From: a virus
Lineage: Duplodnaviria > Caudoviricetes
Direction: 5' to 3' (one strand)
IMG/VR virus record: IMGVR_UViG_3300033121_002239
Coordinates: 1 to 64,000 of that record
Length of the DNA: 64,000 nucleotides
In this document: positions 60,188 to 64,000 of the stretch, one piece after another
Layout: every line of letters begins with the position of its first letter
Position numbering within the stretch: the first letter of the stretch is position 1
Translations under genes and position numbers: made by a program
The notes under the pieces: model-generated
Told to the model about the DNA's origin: nothing
The model's input: the letters and a program-made list of their open reading frames with translations, nothing else
The model's database searches: none

Positions 60188-61254
60188 GAGGGCACCGCCG
60201 GGGTCTCGCCGCGCAGCCGCGCGCTGGCCTGCTTCATCCTCGCCTTGATCTCCTCGGGCGTGAGCGCGGGGGCCTCCTCGACCGTTGGCGTCTCTTCGGT
60301 CGCGACGCGCGGGGTGACCTTCGTCGCGGCGCGTGCGGCCTTGAACCACTCCATCGCTTCGTCGAAGTGGCGCGCGAGCTTGCCGTCTTCGCAGAGGTAC
60401 GCGAGGTCGGGCTTGCGACGGGTCATCCACGCGAGGCCGCCCTTGCCGCCCGTCTCCCCCGACGCGTCGCCCCGCGCGATCCAGTCCGCGAAGATGCGCC
60501 AGTGCCCGAGGTGCACGTCCTGGCGGTGCTTATGCGACCACGAGATCCCGACGCCCTCGGCGAGCTCGCCGAAGCGCACGAGCGTCCCCGGGTCGAACGT
60601 CGAACGGAACTGCTTCGAGGGCACCTTGCGCAGAAGCTCCGCGATGGACTCGCCGAGTTCGGTCGGGGTCTTCCACCCCTGCCTCGCCTCGACCGGCTTC
60701 GCCCCCTCGTCCTTCCCTCCCTTCGGCGCCTCCCCCCCCTCCGCGGGCGGAGGGGTAGGGGAGGAAGGGTGGTTCTGTTTCTGATTCTGTTTCTGATTCT
60801 GGCTTCGGAGGGGCTCCGAAGGGGCTTCGGAGGGGCTTCCCTCCGGCAGGTGATACGCCTTGCCGTAGCGGGCGAGAAACGCCGCGTGGAGCGCGGTGCC
60901 GCGGTGAAGGTCGAGCTCCTTCACCACGCTCTTCCAGCGGTTGTCCTTCGTCGAGAGCGTCTCGGCCGTCTGCTGGGCCGCCAGCTCCACGACGAAGACC
61001 GTCTCGCTCGTTTCGTCGTACCGGCAGAACTCCGCGCCTTCGAGGTCGCGCAGGACCTCACGGGCCGCGGTGGGCTCGATCCCGAGCTCCCCGGCGAGGA
61101 GCCACAGGGGCATCGAGTAGAGCCCGATGAGGTTCGAGTCGGGGCCCGTGAGGAGGTAGAGCGCGGCGATGCGGTGGGTCTGGCCGAGGCGCTTCAAGCG
61201 CTGGCCCATGACCCCCCTCCAGAAGGTCGGCGGGATCGGGGCGTAGGTCCTCAC
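60184..61254 (-). CDS. Phage replication initiator (winged-helix N-terminus)
   Basis: YAPIPPTFW...ALYLLTGPDSNLIGLY.MP...L..ELG...F..YD...E.VFV; linker SEAPSEPLRSQNQKQNQKQN; followed by DnaB. Confidence 0.75.
   Translation of the reverse strand: MRTYAPIPPTFWRGVMGQRLKRLGQTHRIAALYLLTGPDSNLIGLYSMPLWLLAGELGIEPTAAREVLRDLEGAEFCRYDETSETVFVVELAAQQTAETLSTKDNRWKSVVKELDLHRGTALHAAFLARYGKAYHLPEGSPSEAPSEPLRSQNQKQNQKQNHPSSPTPPPAEGGEAPKGGKDEGAKPVEARQGWKTPTELGESIAELLRKVPSKQFRSTFDPGTLVRFGELAEGVGISWSHKHRQDVHLGHWRIFADWIARGDASGETGGKGGLAWMTRRKPDLAYLCEDGKLARHFDEAMEWFKAARAATKVTPRVATEETPTVEEAPALTPEEIKARMKQASARLRGETPAVPS
60801..60840. repeat. 11-bp iteron-like tandem repeats inside the initiator gene (candidate ori)
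   Basis: GGCTTCGGAGG/GGCTCCGAAGG/GGCTTCGGAGG/GGCTTCC; period 11, not a multiple of 3. Confidence 0.6.
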
Positions 61255-62774
61255 GCGAGGGGGTCTCCTGGCCCCCTTGTGGGGGGCTTGGTAAGGGGGT
61301 CACTGAGGGGCTTGGAAAGGGGGTGGTGAAGGGGCTTCGGAGGGGCTTCGGAAGCCCCTTCGGAGGGGGTCACGGAGGGGCTGTCGAGATCCTCGTCGAC
61401 GTCGGACTCGTCCTCGAACACGCCGTGGAGGAGCTGTTGCACCGACCCGTCGGCCGCGATCTCCTCGAAGGGCTCGTCCGCGGTGGGCTCCGTGCCGTCC
61501 CACTTCTGGGGCATGGTCCCGGCCTCGATGAGCTCCGTGATGCGCAGGGCCTCTTCCGCGTTGAGGATGTCCACGCGCGGGCGACCGAGCGCGTCGGCTG
61601 CGGCGTTCACCTCGGCCTGGATGGCGAGCACGCGCTGAAGGGACCTTCGGCGGCCGTCGAGAGTGATCGGCCCCATGCGGTTCTGGTTCGGGACGAGCGA
61701 CCCGTCCTTGCGCTTCTCCCCGCCTGGCTTGCGGAGGCGGAGCGGCGGCGTGCGCAGCTCCCGGTAGAGGTCGCGCAAGCCCCGGAGCGGCGCGAGGTAG
61801 CACCAGTTGGGGTTCTGGAGGATGCGTTCGAGGGCGCGGTCCTCGGTGGCGAGCGGGCACCCGACGCAGCCCGTCCGCGCGCCCGACTCCTCGGCCTCCT
61901 TGCCGCCATAGGCGTCGGCGAGGAGCGTCGTCGTCCAGTCGCCGTACTCGGGGCGCGGGGCCCACGTGCGGAGCCACTCCCAGACGTGGCACACGCGCCA
62001 GTGGACGATCGGCGCGAGCGTGTCGCACACCGACTGCGGGAGCGTCTCCTGATACCAGCCCTGCCCGCACTCGGCGTCGCCACGCGAGCACGACATCGCG
62101 ATCCGTCCGTCGCGCACGGCCGACTCGCCCTGACGCACGCCCGTGAGGACGAGGATCTTGTTCGGGTTGGGCGCACCCTCGGGGAGGTCCTTCGGGACGA
62201 AGGTTCGGTAGACGCGCTTCCCGGTGACCTTCCCCTTCTTCGTCGTCTGCGCGACGTATTCCCCGAGTCCGAGCGACACGCCGAGCGCTTCGAGCGCGCG
62301 CCGCATCGGCTCGATCTTGATCTTCTCGGTGCACCACCGGAGCGTCCCGTTGTTGGGCGGCGGGACGCCGCGACCGAGCATGTACACGAGGAAGCGCCGG
62401 TCGAGCGGCGCCATCACCGTCTCGACGCGAAGCTCGCACCCGAGCGCGGCGAGGGCCTCGCGCTTGTCCTCGAGTTCGTCGCGGATCGACTGCGCCGAGA
62501 GCCAGAGGGGCGTGAGCTCCATCCGCGTGTCGGCGTAGAGGACCGTGAGCGAGAGCGGCGCCGGGATCAGGCCCGCGAGGATCAGGTACACCACCAGCGT
62601 GAGGAGCGCCGTGGAGTCCTTCCCTCCGCTCCACGCGATCGCCCAATGCGGTCGCGTCGTGGCGTAGGCGGCGAGCGACGCGATCGTGAGTTCGATCGAC
62701 TCGTCCATCTGGAGCCGCGCAGTCTTGAAGGGCAACTGCGGGTGCTTCCGCGCCGGTCCTTTCTTGCGCGTCAT
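61251..62774 (-). CDS. PAPS-reductase family protein, DndC-like
   Basis: IAWSGGKDST, YADTRME, MLGRGVPPP...RWCTEKIKIEP, LTGVRQGES..R, APIVHW...VW.WL, RTGCVGC, GP.TL..R. Confidence 0.75.
   Translation of the reverse strand: MTRKKGPARKHPQLPFKTARLQMDESIELTIASLAAYATTRPHWAIAWSGGKDSTALLTLVVYLILAGLIPAPLSLTVLYADTRMELTPLWLSAQSIRDELEDKREALAALGCELRVETVMAPLDRRFLVYMLGRGVPPPNNGTLRWCTEKIKIEPMRRALEALGVSLGLGEYVAQTTKKGKVTGKRVYRTFVPKDLPEGAPNPNKILVLTGVRQGESAVRDGRIAMSCSRGDAECGQGWYQETLPQSVCDTLAPIVHWRVCHVWEWLRTWAPRPEYGDWTTTLLADAYGGKEAEESGARTGCVGCPLATEDRALERILQNPNWCYLAPLRGLRDLYRELRTPPLRLRKPGGEKRKDGSLVPNQNRMGPITLDGRRRSLQRVLAIQAEVNAAADALGRPRVDILNAEEALRITELIEAGTMPQKWDGTEPTADEPFEEIAADGSVQQLLHGVFEDESDVDEDLDSPSVTPSEGASEAPPKPLHHPLSKPLSDPLTKPPTRGPGDPLA
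61281..61380. repeat. Second iteron-like cluster upstream of the initiator
   Basis: GGCTTCGGAGG, GGCTTCGGAAG, palindrome AGGGGCTTC-G-GAAGCCCCT and 11-12-bp degenerate units. Confidence 0.55.
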
Positions 62775-63733
62775 GCGGCCTCCTGTTGGTCATCGCCCCA
62801 CACACGGGCGCACGTGAGCGTATGGCCCTCCCCCGGCGGCGCGAGGCAGGTGCAGGGCGGGAGGGCGCGGCCCTTGCCGACGACGCGAAACACACACTCA
62901 CACGGCCGCGCGTCGCGGCTGTCTTCGGCGAGCACCGGGAGCGAGCGCACGCGCTTCTTCGCGTCGGCCCAGAACGTTTGTTGGGGGATGCGCTCGGTCG
63001 GCACCACGCCCGCGCGGACCATCTCCGCGAAGATCGGCTCCAGCTCCTCCAACGAGATCCCGTTGAGGATCGTGTACCCGATGTCGGCCTCGGCCTCCTT
63101 CGCGCGCGCCCACACGTCCGGCCGCGTCACGTACACGACGAACCAGTGTTGGCGCCCGGCCTTGAGGCATCCGACGCAGTTGGCGTGTTTGAACGTGCTG
63201 TAGCTGAGCGGCGGTTCGATGCCGAGCTCGCGCGTGCTCTGGATCGTCCGCCGCCACAGCGCGAGCGGGTAGTCCGAGCGCCACCCGTCCGCCCCGAGGA
63301 TGGACGCGCGACGGCGGATGCGGTCGGTCTCGTGCGCGTCGAAGCCGTAGTAGATCGTGGTGACGGCCGGGTCGGCGTTCGCCGCGAGCCACGCGCGAAA
63401 CGGCGCGGTCTTGAGGTAGTGGGTGCAGAGCACGTGGCCGTTCGCGCCCTTGAAGGCCCCCGCGTCGCGCACCACGTCGAACTGGTCCATCGTGTCCCAT
63501 TCGGGGTGATTCGCGTAGGTGATCGGGAGCCCGAGGTGCGCGGCCACGTCGCGCTTGAAGCGCTTCACGTCGGCGTCTTCGGAGCGCTCGTGAATGTCGT
63601 GGTTGAGCAGCACCACGTCGCGTTTGCCGTAGCGACGCACGACCTCGACTGCGACGAGCGCCGAGGAGTGACCGCCTGAGAAGCACACCACGTGGGCGGG
63701 CGCGGCGAGGTTGAAGAGGGTCAGCGGTGTCAC
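62771..63733 (-). CDS. Second PAPS-reductase/PP-loop family protein
   Basis: VVCFSGGHSSA, CTHYLKTAPF, YGFDAHE..R, FKHANCVGCLKAG..W, C-terminal PCEC. Confidence 0.75.
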   Translation of the reverse strand: MTPLTLFNLAAPAHVVCFSGGHSSALVAVEVVRRYGKRDVVLLNHDIHERSEDADVKRFKRDVAAHLGLPITYANHPEWDTMDQFDVVRDAGAFKGANGHVLCTHYLKTAPFRAWLAANADPAVTTIYYGFDAHETDRIRRRASILGADGWRSDYPLALWRRTIQSTRELGIEPPLSYSTFKHANCVGCLKAGRQHWFVVYVTRPDVWARAKEAEADIGYTILNGISLEELEPIFAEMVRAGVVPTERIPQQTFWADAKKRVRSLPVLAEDSRDARPCECVFRVVGKGRALPPCTCLAPPGEGHTLTCARVWGDDQQEAA

Positions 63734-64000
63734 ACGCGCCTCCCCAGGAGTGCGTTCCAGCGCGGCTTCGGCGGCGGCGGGAGCTTCGGGGCCGTCAGGC
63801 AACGGTCGGCGTGGAGGAGGTCCTCGGCGCGCTCCGACCACCGCCCGCAGTCCGCGCAGCGGAAGCCCTCACGGATGCCGCCCTTGTCGCACGGGTTGTC
63901 CGTGACCTCGGCGGCCACGGTCGAGCAGCCAGAGGGGCCGGGGCACGTCTCGCCGCGCGCTTCGTAGAGGCAGTAGTGCCCCCTCGACGGAGTGACCCTC
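63730..64000 (-). CDS. Cys-rich protein, C-terminal part (runs off right edge)
   Basis: Frame open to the edge: HYCLYEARGETCPGPSGC...FRCADCGRW...HADRC. Confidence 0.4.
   Translation of the reverse strand, partial: RVTPSRGHYCLYEARGETCPGPSGCSTVAAEVTDNPCDKGGIREGFRCADCGRWSERAEDLLHADRCLTAPKLPPPPKPRWNALLGRRV

Noticed and set aside
61251-62774. Complete Dnd/Ssp phosphorothioation system
   Set aside because: No cysteine desulfurase, DndB/D/E or SspBC genes are present; only a DndC-like homologue can be supported.
1-64000. Extracellular contractile injection system, tailocin or GTA
   Set aside because: Terminase, portal, protease, capsid and a full replication module are present, so this is a complete myovirus-type phage.
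1-64000. CRISPR array
   Set aside because: No regularly spaced repeat-spacer series; the repeats found are intragenic tandems or two-copy duplications.

Overview
The whole window is one segment of a very GC-rich (about 70-73% by eye) tailed phage or prophage with a contractile tail. The host is probably a myxobacterium (Myxococcota), inferred from the DAG-rich Cys lipoproteins and a myxobacterial-type sigma-4 HTH protein. The backbone runs on the minus strand from right to left. First comes a translationally coupled replication/modification operon: two PAPS-reductase-family genes (one DndC-like), initiator, DnaB, TIM-barrel, SF2 helicase, N4/N6 MTase, RecU-like resolvase and a sigma-4 regulator. 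A displaced gpV spike, a tRNA(CAT) and a captured dcm-dcm cassette follow. The late genes are small and large terminase, PBSX-type portal, XkdF-like protease, major capsid, neck, sheath, tube, frameshifted tail chaperone, tape measure, hub, CIS-tube, gp53-like, gp25, baseplate J, gpI-like and the start of a tail fibre. No integrase, lysis cassette, reverse transcriptase or CRISPR array was seen. Most unusual observations: (1) a conserved GG(G/T/A)TGAC box at a nearly fixed distance before about 20 late-gene starts, a candidate phage-specific late promoter; (2) a tape-measure gene inverted relative to the late operon, with a 98-bp inverted copy of its 5' end left at the ancestral position; (3) three dispersed paralogous 18-Cys lipoprotein cassettes with a shared leaderless promoter; (4) a chimeric baseplate-J/gp25 mini-ORF that records tandem stacking of two accessory genes in one slot. 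Family assignments come from recognising motifs by eye; no database search was run.
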